This document shows positions 35,735-46,900 of a DNA stretch of 64,000 nt, piece after piece; position 1 is the stretch's first letter; each line of letters starts with the position of its first letter. Both the position numbers and the translations under genes were made by a program. Origin of the DNA: an archaeon (GTDB lineage Archaea > Iainarchaeota > Iainarchaeia > Iainarchaeales > CSSED10-239). The notes under the pieces are model-generated. The model saw only the letters and a program-made list of their open reading frames with translations, had not been told where the DNA came from and did not search any database. Location: contig DAOOUC010000001.1 of assembly GCA_035390665.1 (NCBI GenBank), positions 10,651 to 74,650 of the forward strand, read 5' to 3'.

Positions 35735-37204
35735 TTATCTAGGGGGGTTATTTATTAAGTGTGGATAACCTTCATTCACACTTGGACTAATCGCCCAAAT
35801 GCTTGAAAAATCCCAGCCGGTAAAAGTATTTTGGGTTTTCATTTCTATTGTTGTTTTTCCTTCCCCATCTGCACTTGTTAATTGACCTGAAGTATTCACA
35901 TCCCAAAAATCATTATTAAATATCTCGCCATAATCTAATCCTACAAATCCGCCGACATCAGTAACTCCATTAACGGCGCTCCAAGAATAACAATTTGATA
36001 TGCCTTCACCAGTAGATAACGTTGTTGCCCCTACAAATCCGCCAGTTGCACTATTCAATCCCGTAACTGAACAATCAGCATAACTGTTATCAATTCCCCT
36101 TGCACCATCATTTGCGCCACTAAAACCGCCTACATAATTCCCTAAACCGTATACTGCCCCTTTTGCAAAACAATTAGAAATATATCCCTTTATAATATTT
36201 TGTCCAACTAATCCGCCCACCATTGATCCAGCACCATATCCTTCAACATTGCCTTCAAAAGAACTATAAAATATAGTTCCCCCAGAATTAACTCCAATTA
36301 ATCCACCAGTATTTGCGTGTCCTCCCCCCAACCCTGTAGCTTTAACATATCCATTAGCATAAGAATTAGAAATTACGCCCAAATTCGCCCCTGCTAAGCT
36401 TCCGATTAAAGTTTTGCCATATATGTTTGTATCATTTAATCCAAGATATTTTATTCCTGAATTTATGTCTGCAAAACCAAATAATCCTATATAATCTGTT
36501 CCTGGCCTGTTAATATATAAATTATTAATTACGTGATTTTGGCCATCAAAAATTCCTTTAAACTTGGTTGTTAAATTCCCTATGGGAATCCACCCGTTAA
36601 CATCTTTTCTAGAAAAACATTGTAAATCAATATCTTTTCCAAGAGAATAATTCCAATCAAGATGTAATCTTACTGCATTTAGATCTTCTGCAGTACAAAT
36701 GATTATTGGATCAACTTCTGTTCCTGTTCCTCCAGATGTACAAACCATTCCTTGATCTTTTGTTTTGATGTCAATGTATGTGTTTTCTGCCGTGATAAGT
36801 TGTATTGTAAGATCTGGAGTTGTTGTACTATATTCATAAAGACATGGAAGTTCTAAAACATTTAAGCTTGGAGATAAGACTACTGATTCTTCTAAAGCAA
36901 TTGGTTCTGTCATTTCTGGAATGTTAATTACTCTGTAATGTGTGATGTTTATATCTTCTGTTATTTGATTTGGCGGAGAATAAGTAAATTGAACTACTCC
37001 GTCTTGTGCAGATTTTGGATAAATGAAATTTGTTGTGTCTGATGCTTTTAAATTTCCAAAATTATTTGTCTTGTTTAAACTATTTGTGGAAAATTCTTTT
37101 CCCCAAGTTAGAATAATTGTTACAAGAATAACTGAAACAACAATCAAAAGAATCGTTGCAATAAGTGGCTCAAGTGCCTTTCGTTTTTTTACTGCATAAA
37201 ACAT
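35735..37204 (-). CDS. Archaeal type IV pilin-like (class III signal peptide) protein with GLUG-motif repeats; candidate adhesin
   Basis: N-terminus KRKALEPLIATILLIVVSVILV (prepilin-peptidase-type signal). C-terminal repeats GGLIG / GGLVG / GGFSG / GGFVG (GLUG). Confidence 0.6.
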   Translation of the reverse strand: MFYAVKKRKALEPLIATILLIVVSVILVTIILTWGKEFSTNSLNKTNNFGNLKASDTTNFIYPKSAQDGVVQFTYSPPNQITEDINITHYRVINIPEMTEPIALEESVVLSPSLNVLELPCLYEYSTTTPDLTIQLITAENTYIDIKTKDQGMVCTSGGTGTEVDPIIICTAEDLNAVRLHLDWNYSLGKDIDLQCFSRKDVNGWIPIGNLTTKFKGIFDGQNHVINNLYINRPGTDYIGLFGFADINSGIKYLGLNDTNIYGKTLIGSLAGANLGVISNSYANGYVKATGLGGGHANTGGLIGVNSGGTIFYSSFEGNVEGYGAGSMVGGLVGQNIIKGYISNCFAKGAVYGLGNYVGGFSGANDGARGIDNSYADCSVTGLNSATGGFVGATTLSTGEGISNCYSWSAVNGVTDVGGFVGLDYGEIFNNDFWDVNTSGQLTSADGEGKTTIEMKTQNTFTGWDFSSIWAISPSVNEGYPHLINNPPR

Positions 37205-37295
37205 AAGTAGATAGTATTACAAAATAAATATAAATAAAACTAATTTTTTAAAATCCAATTAAGAAATAGAAATATATAATCTAAAGAAAAGAAAC

Positions 37296-37574
37296 TTAGT
37301 TAAAAGTTCCTTGATCTTTTGTTAAAAGTTGTCTTTCGTCTATTACGAAAACATCTGAAACTGCCACAACACATTTGTATGGTATTTCAATTAAATTACC
37401 TTGAACATCTAATTGTTTTACAACTTTTGATGCTGGATCTATTTCAACTAATAAAGCTTCGACTTCTCCTGAAACTTCGTTAACCATTAAGTCAACTAAT
37501 CTTCCGATATTATCTCCTCTATTTGTGATTAATTTTTTTGTTGCAAGTTGTCTTGCTATTGCGTATTTGTACAT
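37296..37574 (-). CDS. PRC-barrel domain protein
   Basis: 92 aa. GRLVDLMVNEVSGEVEALLVEI...IPYKCVVAVSDVFVID pattern. Confidence 0.55.
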   Translation of the reverse strand: MYKYAIARQLATKKLITNRGDNIGRLVDLMVNEVSGEVEALLVEIDPASKVVKQLDVQGNLIEIPYKCVVAVSDVFVIDERQLLTKDQGTFN

Positions 37575-37705
37575 ATTTGATAACCTCTCAATTTATTATT
37601 TATTTATTTTAATCTTAAATTTAATTATATAGTTAGCCAATTAGTTTATATATGTTTCTGTTTGTATTTGGGCGCATCAAACGATAGAAAAGTATAAAAA
37701 ACAAA

Positions 37706-38965
37706 CTATATTATTACTTGCCCATCTTGAATAAAAAAGTGCTTTTTAGATATAACTGTTATTAATCTTCCATTTCTGCTCTTATAGCTTAAGGTCTTTT
37801 TGTCTTTATCTACTGACACAACCTCTCCAAGCCACACACCGTATTTAGACACAACTGGAAGACCAACTAATAATTCTGTAATATCTTTAGTAATATCAAA
37901 TACATCAGTAATCCTATGTAATACAAATAAGAATAAAGTCGAAAATATAATTACATAAATAAAAGAAATAAATTCTATTTCTCCTAGCATAAACTGTAAA
38001 GAAAGATCTAAAATACCAGAAAATACAAATACAGCAATTAATGCAAATATTGCTTGACCTAACTTGTAAAGGGCCCTTAAATAAACCAAATCGATTATGT
38101 TACCAACAATATAGAAAGCAGCACATAACACTAAATATAATAATACGGCTCTTAAAACGAATACAACCCTTTGCCAAAATATAAAGCTAGAGTTTGCGAT
38201 AAATAGATTAATCCCAGTAACTCCTGCAAATATTAAGAAAAATAAACTTGCAATATAGAATGGAAAACTTATTCTTGTAATTGAAAATCTAAAGAATATT
38301 GTTTTAATAAAATTAATTAATTTAACATCTAGATTAAATCCCCTCATTAAAAAATAAACTCCTAAAACCAAAGCCAATATCTGAAATGCAAGGGCCTTGA
38401 AAAAGAAAAATAATAATAAAACAACTGCAGGGATACCAAATATTATTCTTGAAAATGCTGGATCGTTTATTGCTTTCTTTACAGTATAAAACATACTTTC
38501 TATTGCTTTTGATTGTTTAACTATAACTAGCTCTTTTGAGATAATTGGACCAAAATTTTGCAATATTGGTATTACTTGATCATCTTCTGCGCCATCTGTA
38601 ACAAAAACAAATGCGCTTGCTGGAAATTCTTCTAAAACGGATTTTAATTGCAAAGAAATGTTTTTATCTGCAAAAAATAAATTTTCTTTAGAGTGCCCAG
38701 TCAAACTTGCAATCTCAACAACATAGTCTTTTTTTAAATCAGCATATTTTTTTAATGCCGCAAAAATTGCATTTGCGTCTGATTCTTCTGGATCTTTTAA
38801 AATCAAATCATTTGCTAATTTTAAATTATTATCATAACCTACTATTGGCCCAGAAATTCCTAACAATTTACCGATATCATTATCTCTATCAACTGTAAGA
38901 ATAAGTAATCTTTCTTGATTAGTGTGTTTTTCTACTAAAACATCTTCATCTGGTTTTTTCTTCAA
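37706..38965 (-). CDS. DUF373-family integral membrane protein
   Basis: Soluble N-terminal domain LLILTVDRDNDIGK followed by about 7 TM helices, as remembered for archaeal DUF373. Confidence 0.55.
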   Translation of the reverse strand: MKKKPDEDVLVEKHTNQERLLILTVDRDNDIGKLLGISGPIVGYDNNLKLANDLILKDPEESDANAIFAALKKYADLKKDYVVEIASLTGHSKENLFFADKNISLQLKSVLEEFPASAFVFVTDGAEDDQVIPILQNFGPIISKELVIVKQSKAIESMFYTVKKAINDPAFSRIIFGIPAVVLLLFFFFKALAFQILALVLGVYFLMRGFNLDVKLINFIKTIFFRFSITRISFPFYIASLFFLIFAGVTGINLFIANSSFIFWQRVVFVLRAVLLYLVLCAAFYIVGNIIDLVYLRALYKLGQAIFALIAVFVFSGILDLSLQFMLGEIEFISFIYVIIFSTLFLFVLHRITDVFDITKDITELLVGLPVVSKYGVWLGEVVSVDKDKKTLSYKSRNGRLITVISKKHFFIQDGQVII

Positions 38966-39102
38966 AATAACAACACCATTATAAATTGTTTTATATATTT
39001 ATTATTTATTAATTATAATTAATTAATGTTAGTTTGTAATAATATATATAAATAGTAATATACAAAAGTATTTATAATAATATCTTAAAAGAAAGAAAAA
39101 AA

Positions 39103-40062
39103 ATGAACGAGCAGAAAACCAAAAATATTTTCTTTACAATGATTGTTTTTATTTTATTTGGGATAATTACCTTATTCTTAATTGCAAATGAAACACTTAA
39201 GCAAATAATCTTAATTATACTAATTATTGCTGCACTTATTTATTTATTGTTTATTTCAGAAACTATTTTACAACTTAAAGACTACGAAAGAGCGGTGATT
39301 TTTAGATTTGGAAAAGTAAATAGAGTCGGCGGTCCAGGTTGGACTATTGTTTTACCATTTATTGAAAAGCCAACACACGTTACATTAAGAACACAAGTAA
39401 TTGATGTTCCAACACAACAAATTATAACAAAAGATAATATAAGAGTAACAATTGATGCAATACTTTTCATATCTGTAGATTCTGCAAAAGAAAGTGTAAT
39501 TAATTCTGTTGTTAAAGTTGAAGATTATAAAAAAGCGGCTACTTTCTATGTAATTGCAATGCTTAGAGATATCTTGGGTGAATTTGATTTAATAGATGTA
39601 ATATCTAGCACCGAAAGCATAAACAAAAGACTTACAGAAGCACTTAAAGGAGTAGCAAAAGAATGGGGAATAAAAATAAACTCTGTTGAAATAAGCGATA
39701 TTCAAATACCTGATGAAATTGTTGAATCAATGCACAAACAAAAGGCAGCAGTTCAGAAGAAACTTGCAATATTTGAAGAAGCAGAATCTGAAAGAGCAAA
39801 AATTAATGCAATTAGAGAAGCAACAGAATCTTTATCTGATAAAACAATATTATACTATTATATTAAAGCACTAGAGAAAGTTGGAGAAGGACAATCTTCA
39901 AAGATTATTTTTCCAATGGAACTTACTAATCTTTTAGGGTCAATTTCTGATAAAATAAATTCAGGGAAAACCCCTAAAATTACTAGAACAGAAAAAGAAA
40001 AACTTACAGAATATCTTCCTTTAATTCAAAACTATCTTGAAAATACAAAAAGAAAAAAATAA
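39103..40062 (+). CDS. SPFH/band-7 (stomatin/prohibitin-like) membrane protein
   Basis: N-terminal TM helices, then YERAVIFRFGK...ITKDNIRVTIDAILF, typical of the SPFH domain. Confidence 0.85.
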   Translation: MNEQKTKNIFFTMIVFILFGIITLFLIANETLKQIILIILIIAALIYLLFISETILQLKDYERAVIFRFGKVNRVGGPGWTIVLPFIEKPTHVTLRTQVIDVPTQQIITKDNIRVTIDAILFISVDSAKESVINSVVKVEDYKKAATFYVIAMLRDILGEFDLIDVISSTESINKRLTEALKGVAKEWGIKINSVEISDIQIPDEIVESMHKQKAAVQKKLAIFEEAESERAKINAIREATESLSDKTILYYYIKALEKVGEGQSSKIIFPMELTNLLGSISDKINSGKTPKITRTEKEKLTEYLPLIQNYLENTKRKK

Positions 40063-40662
40063 TTATTTGAATTTTTTTATAAAATTTTTTTCAAATAATT
40101 CTAATTTTTTAAAATTAGATTCTAATTTTTCATTTGATATATCTATTAACAATTTTAAATAATCATCAGGAACTAATTGCTTATTATCAATCTTTACTAA
40201 TGTAGAAATATATACTGTATTAGTTACCTCGCAAGTAAACCGGCCATCTTTTGCACTAATTATCCCTGCTTTTTTTAACCCGTGGTCTCTGCAAAAATCA
40301 AGTATTTCTTTTGCCTTATCGTAATCTTTTGTTGCGAAATGAAAAATAAATGGTTCTACCTTTAACCAAAGATATCCGTCTTTAAAATTATCAATATCTT
40401 TTTTTATCTCATCATAAGTTACTAATCTGTGATATCTATTTTCAAATTCTGAAAATTTCTTGTTTTCGTCTTTATCTCCGTGTAGTAATAAAAGACGACC
40501 AGAACAACTGCTTGATGTGTAGATGTCTGGAATCTTAACAACATCTAATAAAAATGGAATAACTGGAGAATCTACTAATCCTTTATCCATTGCATCTTTT
40601 AATGTTTGTGTGTGGTGCTTCTTTAACATCTTAAATCTAGCGTCAGTTATGTCTTGAGTCAT
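40063..40662 (-). CDS. taw3: tRNA wyosine-derivative methyltransferase Taw3/TYW3
   Basis: SSCSGRLLLLH motif and overall length. Start moved to MTQDITDARF; the track start at 40716 adds a hydrophobic, non-conserved leader. Confidence 0.65.
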   Translation of the reverse strand: MTQDITDARFKMLKKHHTQTLKDAMDKGLVDSPVIPFLLDVVKIPDIYTSSSCSGRLLLLHGDKDENKKFSEFENRYHRLVTYDEIKKDIDNFKDGYLWLKVEPFIFHFATKDYDKAKEILDFCRDHGLKKAGIISAKDGRFTCEVTNTVYISTLVKIDNKQLVPDDYLKLLIDISNEKLESNFKKLELFEKNFIKKFK

Positions 40663-40750
40663 TATAATCACATTAATTAGGTTTATAAACAATTTAGTAT
40701 ATATTATATATAACAAAAATAATATATATTAGTAAGAAAAAGTGATATTT

Positions 40751-41596
40751 ATGTACAAAAAATTAATGATTTTTATATTCGGTTTATTTATTATACCTCA
40801 AATCTTTTCATTGCAAATGCTTGAACCAGTAATGGTTGATTTAGAGTATAACGATTCTGTAGAAATCGGGGTTGTTGCACCCGGAGAATATTTTTTACTT
40901 AGTTTTTTCTTAGATGAACCAAATCAATACGATACAATTGCAACAGACGGATTTGGAGCAAACTATATCTCTTTTGAAAACACACAAACAACAGGAGAAA
41001 GTATCTATACGGTTGCAAGAATAAATGATAATGCCTCCGGAGAAAAGCAAATTAAAATTATTTTAAAAAATAAAACAACAGGAAATACAGTAGAGATATA
41101 TTTAAAGGCAAGAATCGAAAGTAATGTTATATCTACTTTTGTTCTGCCATATGATAAGAATAGTAAATTCGGAGAAACAAAAGATATTAAAATAAAAATA
41201 ATAAACAAATCTATTACAACTAAAAAAATTACAATCTCTTCTAATCTTCCAGCAACGTGGTTTGAATCAAAAAATAAATTAAATAAAGAGAAGGTTGTTT
41301 ATTTGCAACCTGCTGGAACAACAGAAGTAACTTATTCTTTTATTCCAAAAAATATCGGGGAGAAAGAAATTGAATTGTATATCTATACTGACTTTGATGA
41401 AACACAAGTTAATAACTTTACTCCAAACTTTTTGAAGAAAATAATATATGAAAGAAATGAAGAAAAAGTAAACATCTACGTATTAAAGAATCTTAGTGCA
41501 TTGTATGGATCAAACTTATATAATTTTCCAACATTTGGATTAAATTCAATTCCAGTATATTTCTTCAATAATGTTGTTAGAATAATTACAAGTTAA
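40751..41596 (+). CDS. Secreted beta-rich surface protein (COG1470/NEW3-like fold, tentative)
   Basis: Signal peptide MYKKLMIFIFGLFIIPQIFS. The pattern KDIKIKIINKS...LPATWF...TTEVTYSFIPKNIGEKEIELYIY is like archaeal cell-surface Ig-like domains. Confidence 0.4.
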   Translation: MYKKLMIFIFGLFIIPQIFSLQMLEPVMVDLEYNDSVEIGVVAPGEYFLLSFFLDEPNQYDTIATDGFGANYISFENTQTTGESIYTVARINDNASGEKQIKIILKNKTTGNTVEIYLKARIESNVISTFVLPYDKNSKFGETKDIKIKIINKSITTKKITISSNLPATWFESKNKLNKEKVVYLQPAGTTEVTYSFIPKNIGEKEIELYIYTDFDETQVNNFTPNFLKKIIYERNEEKVNIYVLKNLSALYGSNLYNFPTFGLNSIPVYFFNNVVRIITS

Positions 41597-41601
41597 ATTC
41601 T

Positions 41602-43146
41602 ATGAACACGAAATATAAAACTGAAATTATTAAGTTCTTCACGGATTGTATAAATAAGAAAATCACAAAACAACAATTTGAAAATAAAAAAGTTGAATTT
41701 TCTAAAAAATACAAACTTAAAAAACTTATATTAACTTCAGATGTTTTTATGGCTCTGGGTATTACTAACCCTCCTGAATTTCTAATTACTAAACCGACTA
41801 GGACTCTTTCAGGGGTCACTATTGTTGCAATTATGACTAGGCCAGGAGATTGTCCGGGTAAATGCATCTATTGCCCTAATTGGAGTAATGCGCCCAGAAG
41901 CTATACCGGATTTGAACCTGCTGCTCTTAGGGCTAAAAGAAATAATTTTGATCCTAAAAAACAAATAAGCGACAGATTAAAGCAATTAAAAAATACTGGG
42001 CACCCCATTAACAAAATTGAACTTATTGTTATGGGCGGGACATTTCCTGCAACTGATGTGAAATATCAAGATGATTTTGTTAAAGGCATCTATCAAGAAA
42101 TTACAGATTCTAAAGAAAAAGACCTTATTAAACTTAAAAAAAAAGCAATGACTTCCAAAAACAGAATAATCGGAATAACTTTTGAGACGCGCCCAGATTT
42201 TTGTGACAAAGAAACAATAAAAAGACTACTTGATTTTGGGGGTACACGTGTTGAATTGGGGGCACAAATAATAAATGAAGATGTGCTGCTTAAAATTAAC
42301 AGAGGACACGGGGTTGATGCAATTATTAATGCAACTCAAGATTTAAAAGATGCGGGATTTAAGGTTTTATATCACGTAATGCTTAATTTGCCTGGAAGTA
42401 ATTACGAGAAAGACTTAGAATCATTGAAAGAAATATTTACTAATCCTAAATTTAAACCAGATATGATTAAGATATATCCTTGTCTTGTCACTAGTGGAAC
42501 AAAATTAGAAAAAATGTATTATGATAAGAAATATGAACACTATGGCTTGGATAAAACAGTTAAGTTAATTGCAGATATAAAAGAAATGGTGCCGCCATGG
42601 GTAAGAATAATGAGAATACAAAGAGATATTCCTGCAGATAAAATAATTGCAGGAATTAAAAAAAGCAACCTGAGACAACTTGTAGAAGAAGAACTAAAAA
42701 GAAGAGGAACAAGATGTAATTGTATAAGGTGCCTAGAACCGAAAAGCCAATTAAAATCTATAGCAAATTATAAAATAGAAGTTACAGAATATGATGCCCA
42801 AAAAAGCAAAGAATATTTTATTTCTGCAAAAAAAGGTAATTATCTTCTTGGTTTTATTAGATTAAGATTTCCATTTAATACATTTATTAAACAAATAGAT
42901 AAGAAAACAAGCATTATTAGAGAACTTCATGTTTATGGGCAAACAACTAATTTTGATGACCAAAACATACAACACAGAGGGATTGGAAAGAAATTACTTA
43001 AGAAAGCAGAAGAAATTTCTTTGAAAAACAAATATACTAGGGTCGCAGTTATTAGTGGTGTAGGCGTAAGAGAATATTACAAGAAACAAGGTTATAAATT
43101 GATTGAACCATATATGATTAAGGAGCTAAAAAATGAGCGAAAATAA
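41602..43146 (+). CDS. elp3: Elp3-type tRNA U34 modification enzyme (radical SAM plus GNAT)
   Basis: CPGKCIYCP (Cx3Cx2C) radical SAM cluster, C-terminal GNAT motif QHRGIGKKLL. 514 aa. Confidence 0.9.
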   Translation: MNTKYKTEIIKFFTDCINKKITKQQFENKKVEFSKKYKLKKLILTSDVFMALGITNPPEFLITKPTRTLSGVTIVAIMTRPGDCPGKCIYCPNWSNAPRSYTGFEPAALRAKRNNFDPKKQISDRLKQLKNTGHPINKIELIVMGGTFPATDVKYQDDFVKGIYQEITDSKEKDLIKLKKKAMTSKNRIIGITFETRPDFCDKETIKRLLDFGGTRVELGAQIINEDVLLKINRGHGVDAIINATQDLKDAGFKVLYHVMLNLPGSNYEKDLESLKEIFTNPKFKPDMIKIYPCLVTSGTKLEKMYYDKKYEHYGLDKTVKLIADIKEMVPPWVRIMRIQRDIPADKIIAGIKKSNLRQLVEEELKRRGTRCNCIRCLEPKSQLKSIANYKIEVTEYDAQKSKEYFISAKKGNYLLGFIRLRFPFNTFIKQIDKKTSIIRELHVYGQTTNFDDQNIQHRGIGKKLLKKAEEISLKNKYTRVAVISGVGVREYYKKQGYKLIEPYMIKELKNERK

Positions 43147-43456
43147 AGACTTATTACTGAAAATGCTTGCTGATGAACCTAAATTATATAATATAATTAA
43201 TTCTAAAGAACATTTATTAGTTTTGGAAATACTTGAAAAAGACAATAAAAACTTTCAATTTATAAAAAATGTGCTAGAGAAAGATATATATATTAAGAAA
43301 GATATAATAATATATAATATATTAGATAGTTTAATTGACAACGACCTAATAAAAAAAATAAAAGTAAACGAAAGTGACATTTATTTTCTTACAGAAAAAG
43401 GAAAGAGTTTCTTGAAACTCTTTAAACAAACTAAACAAGAATTTAGTTTGATGTGA
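43133..43456 (+). CDS. Small winged-helix DNA-binding protein (tentative)
   Basis: 107 aa. LVLEILEKDNKNFQFIKNVL...IYNILDSLIDNDLIKKI...YFLTEKGKSFL resembles an ArsR/PadR-like wHTH. Confidence 0.4.
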   Translation: MSENKDLLLKMLADEPKLYNIINSKEHLLVLEILEKDNKNFQFIKNVLEKDIYIKKDIIIYNILDSLIDNDLIKKIKVNESDIYFLTEKGKSFLKLFKQTKQEFSLM

Positions 43457-43472
43457 TTAAAAAGGTGGAATA

Positions 43473-43823
43473 ATGAAGGCATTTTTAGGAATATTAAGCA
43501 CAGGAAAAGGCACTTGGGGGCAGGTTGCTCACATTATAGATAATGTTGAGTATGATAAAGTGTATCTTATTTCAAATGAATGGGCCCAAGATAAATTTAA
43601 TTGTACTAAACCAATAAATTGGATTATAATAGACCCAAGAAAGGGATTAAGTGAAATTATGGCAGATTTAGAAAAACAAATACCGACAGATGCAAAAGAA
43701 ATTGATCTTAATATACATTCTGGTAGTGGTAAAGAACACAGTGCTGTTTTAGCATTACTTTTACAGAAGAAAGTTAAATTTAATATTATTACAATAAATG
43801 CACAAGGAATTGTAAAATATTAA
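43473..43823 (+). CDS. Hypothetical small Rossmann-like protein (weak CARF-like pattern)
   Basis: 116 aa. ILSTGKGTW near the N-terminus and NIHSGSGKEHSAVLALL later. Similarity to the CARF strand-loop motifs is my impression only. Confidence 0.25.
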   Translation: MKAFLGILSTGKGTWGQVAHIIDNVEYDKVYLISNEWAQDKFNCTKPINWIIIDPRKGLSEIMADLEKQIPTDAKEIDLNIHSGSGKEHSAVLALLLQKKVKFNIITINAQGIVKY

Positions 43824-43901
43824 TTTTTACATTCTTTTTTCTTATTTTTACAAAAAAATGAACAATGCATCTTTATATTTCTAAAAATCTAGAAATATTT
43901 G

Positions 43902-46900
43902 ATGAAAAAAATAATAATCTTCTTACTTATATTAAGTATAGTTCTACTTAGTGGTTGTTTAGATGTTATATCAACAAGACAGAAACAACTTTGTAAATCA
44001 GCTACACACGAATCTAATACTTCTATTTTTGAATGCACAAAAACAAGCGAGTGCTTCAAGAAAGTTAATTCTGCTGGATTAAATGTTTCTGATAAATTAG
44101 ATTTGAATCTTAAAAATCAATTTTTAATATATAAAAATAATATATCTTCGGCTATATTTTACTTTAATTCAGCACATAAAAATATTCAAAAAATAAATGA
44201 TTTCTGTTCTGGAGAGAAAGATGTAGAAATAATTAAGAATATGAATGAATTGTTCTTTAATATTTCAAAAATTTTTGAATATCAAGACAAATCCTGGCAG
44301 AAGAGCATTGAAATTTTAAAAGATTATGCAATATTTCTTAAAGAAAATGGGGTAGAAGAGATACCTGAAGAAAAGATATATGATTCTTATGTGATTATTA
44401 ACCAAAATATTAACGAATTAAGATCTGAAGAAAATTTAACCTCAAATTATGTTTCTTTACTCAAAATAGAATCTAAGAATGCAAATGAACTTGCAAAAAA
44501 ATTTGGATTTAATCAAAGCTATATGACCGAATATGGATATGTCGATCTTTATGCTTATTATTCAGAATATATTGAAAATCCTAAAAAAGAAATAAAATTG
44601 CCTTTAATTTCTAAATCAAGTAATTATGTTTTTGCAAGATTGTCTACTATTGAGAATTTTATTAAAATAAATACTAATCTTTCCGGAGCAGACAACTATA
44701 ATTTATATATTTTATTTGATAAAGAGTTTGGGGCACAGGACTCTTTATTTACTATGTTTATAGAACTAAATAACGAAATTAGTGAAAATCTAGATCAAAT
44801 ATTTATCACCATTAACGATTATGAAAAAAATATACTGGAAAATATAGATTATCTAGATGAAGAACACAGACTTGAATTTCAAAGATTAAATTATATGTAT
44901 AGTCACGATAATATCGGATTCGGAAATTATCTTGCACAATTAAAAATAATAGAATCTATAATTTTAGAAAATAAAAATATCGAAGAAGAAACTAATCTAG
45001 AAATTGCAAATAAAATTTCTGCGTGTGATGAGATTGCTAAAGAAGCTAAATCTTACAATAATAATTATTTTAAAAAACTATTAACTGATTATTATGCAGA
45101 AGAAAATTTGTTACGCAAAGAAGAACACTGTAATAAACTAAAGAACAGTTTAGATCAAAAGGATTGCTTTTTTATTTATACTTCGGCCGTAGAAATTGGA
45201 TTAATAGAAAACGTGTCCGATCTAAACGATTTTGAATGCAAAGATATAATTAATCAACTTAATTACGAATTAGAAGATGATGATCGAATTTTGCTTTTCA
45301 GAAAAATAATACTAGAATCTAAAAATCTATTAGCTGAATTAAAAAAATTAGAATTAGATTTATTTGAAGAATTGGCGATGATAGAATTAAACGAGAAAAC
45401 AAATGATTACTATAACAAAAGCAATATCGAATTAATCTTAGATATAGATAAAACACTAGCTGATGCTTTAGAAAGTAATAAAAAAATAAAAGAGTTATTA
45501 GAAACGACAGTAATTAAAGATATAACTAAGAATGCAATATTAGAGTATAACTCCAATGAAATTTTTTTAAAAATTAATAACAAAACTAACAAAACCCTGG
45601 ATATTTGTGTGGAATTAAATATTAACGACATTGTATCTTTGACAGACGACCTTCAATTTTCTGGTGGGCTGGCTTGTATTGAAAAATTATATTCTGGAAT
45701 AAATTATTTTAAAGTAAAATATGAAAATCAGAGAACAATAAAAACCATTCTTTTAGAATTAGATTTAGAGTGGGGGTTGTATGAAACAACCATAGAAAAT
45801 AAGGTGCTTAATTTACCTGACACATTATTTCTTGGACAAATTTTGATATTAGACCCCGTTAAATATGAATTAGATGAAAACCTATGTGTGCATTATCTTA
45901 CAGAATCTAAAAATAAAATATTATATACCAAAAAAACATTGTCTAAAACACAAATAAACATAACCACGAACAAAAATTCAAACGATTATTTACTAACAGA
46001 CATTTTTAGATTAAAAAATATGACCTCTGAAAAGATTTGTAATAAAATTATTTTGATAAAAGATTGCTTTGATTGTATAACTTTATTAAAAGAAAATGGC
46101 CTTATAAAACCAACAAGAATAGAAAATGGGCACTTAAAAAATGAAACTTGTTTTGAACCCTATGAAGAAAAATTATTTGAATTAAATAAAATAATAAGTA
46201 CCGGTTCGATTATTGAAGACATAGATGACACTAGGTGGAAATTAAATTCGCTTTTAAATTGCGAATTTGAAGAAATAAGACAAGAAGGTAAGCAAAAACA
46301 ACAAATTTTAGAAAAAATAAATGTTGATGATTTAACCGTTGATGCCATTACTGATTTCTATAAATTAAAAATAGAAATAGATAAATTGCATCAAGATTAT
46401 TTGTTATTAGTTTCTAAATTAGAAAATGTGAATTTAATATTGTCTAAATTAATTTTGTTAAATTTAAATTCTGAAGAAAAGAAAATATTTGAAGAAATAG
46501 AAAACAAGAAATTTACAGACATTGAACAAGCATTTAAGAACGCGACAAATCTTTATTCTGATGTTTTAAATCGTATAGATTCTGAAGAAGGCATATATAA
46601 TTCAGATTTTAAAAATAAAATAAATAAATTAATTGAAGATGGGCGAATCGCGGGCGTTATAGACGAATCAGAAATTAATAAATTAAATTCGTTGTCATTT
46701 AGAGAATCAGAAATTAATGAATTTAAAGTATTAGAAGAAAGAATAAATAATAAAATTCAAGAAAAAGCAAAAAATGTTAATGAAATAATAGGAAATCTAA
46801 AGGGCCTAGACATTAAAGAAATAAACAAAACTATAGAAGAGATAGAATATCTTTATTCTAATATAGACTTAAAAGAACTTTACAATGTAAAATATTACCC

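Noticed and set aside
41586-41867. 93-aa minus-strand ORF
   Set aside because: It is antisense to the start of the strongly supported elp3 gene, and the peptide is hydrophobic nonsense. The same holds for 33508..33726, 35415..35597, 38707..38898, 39282..39470, 41005..41208, 45410..46348, 47682..48211, 50132..50786, 53277..53480, 55553..55873 and 59360..60163.
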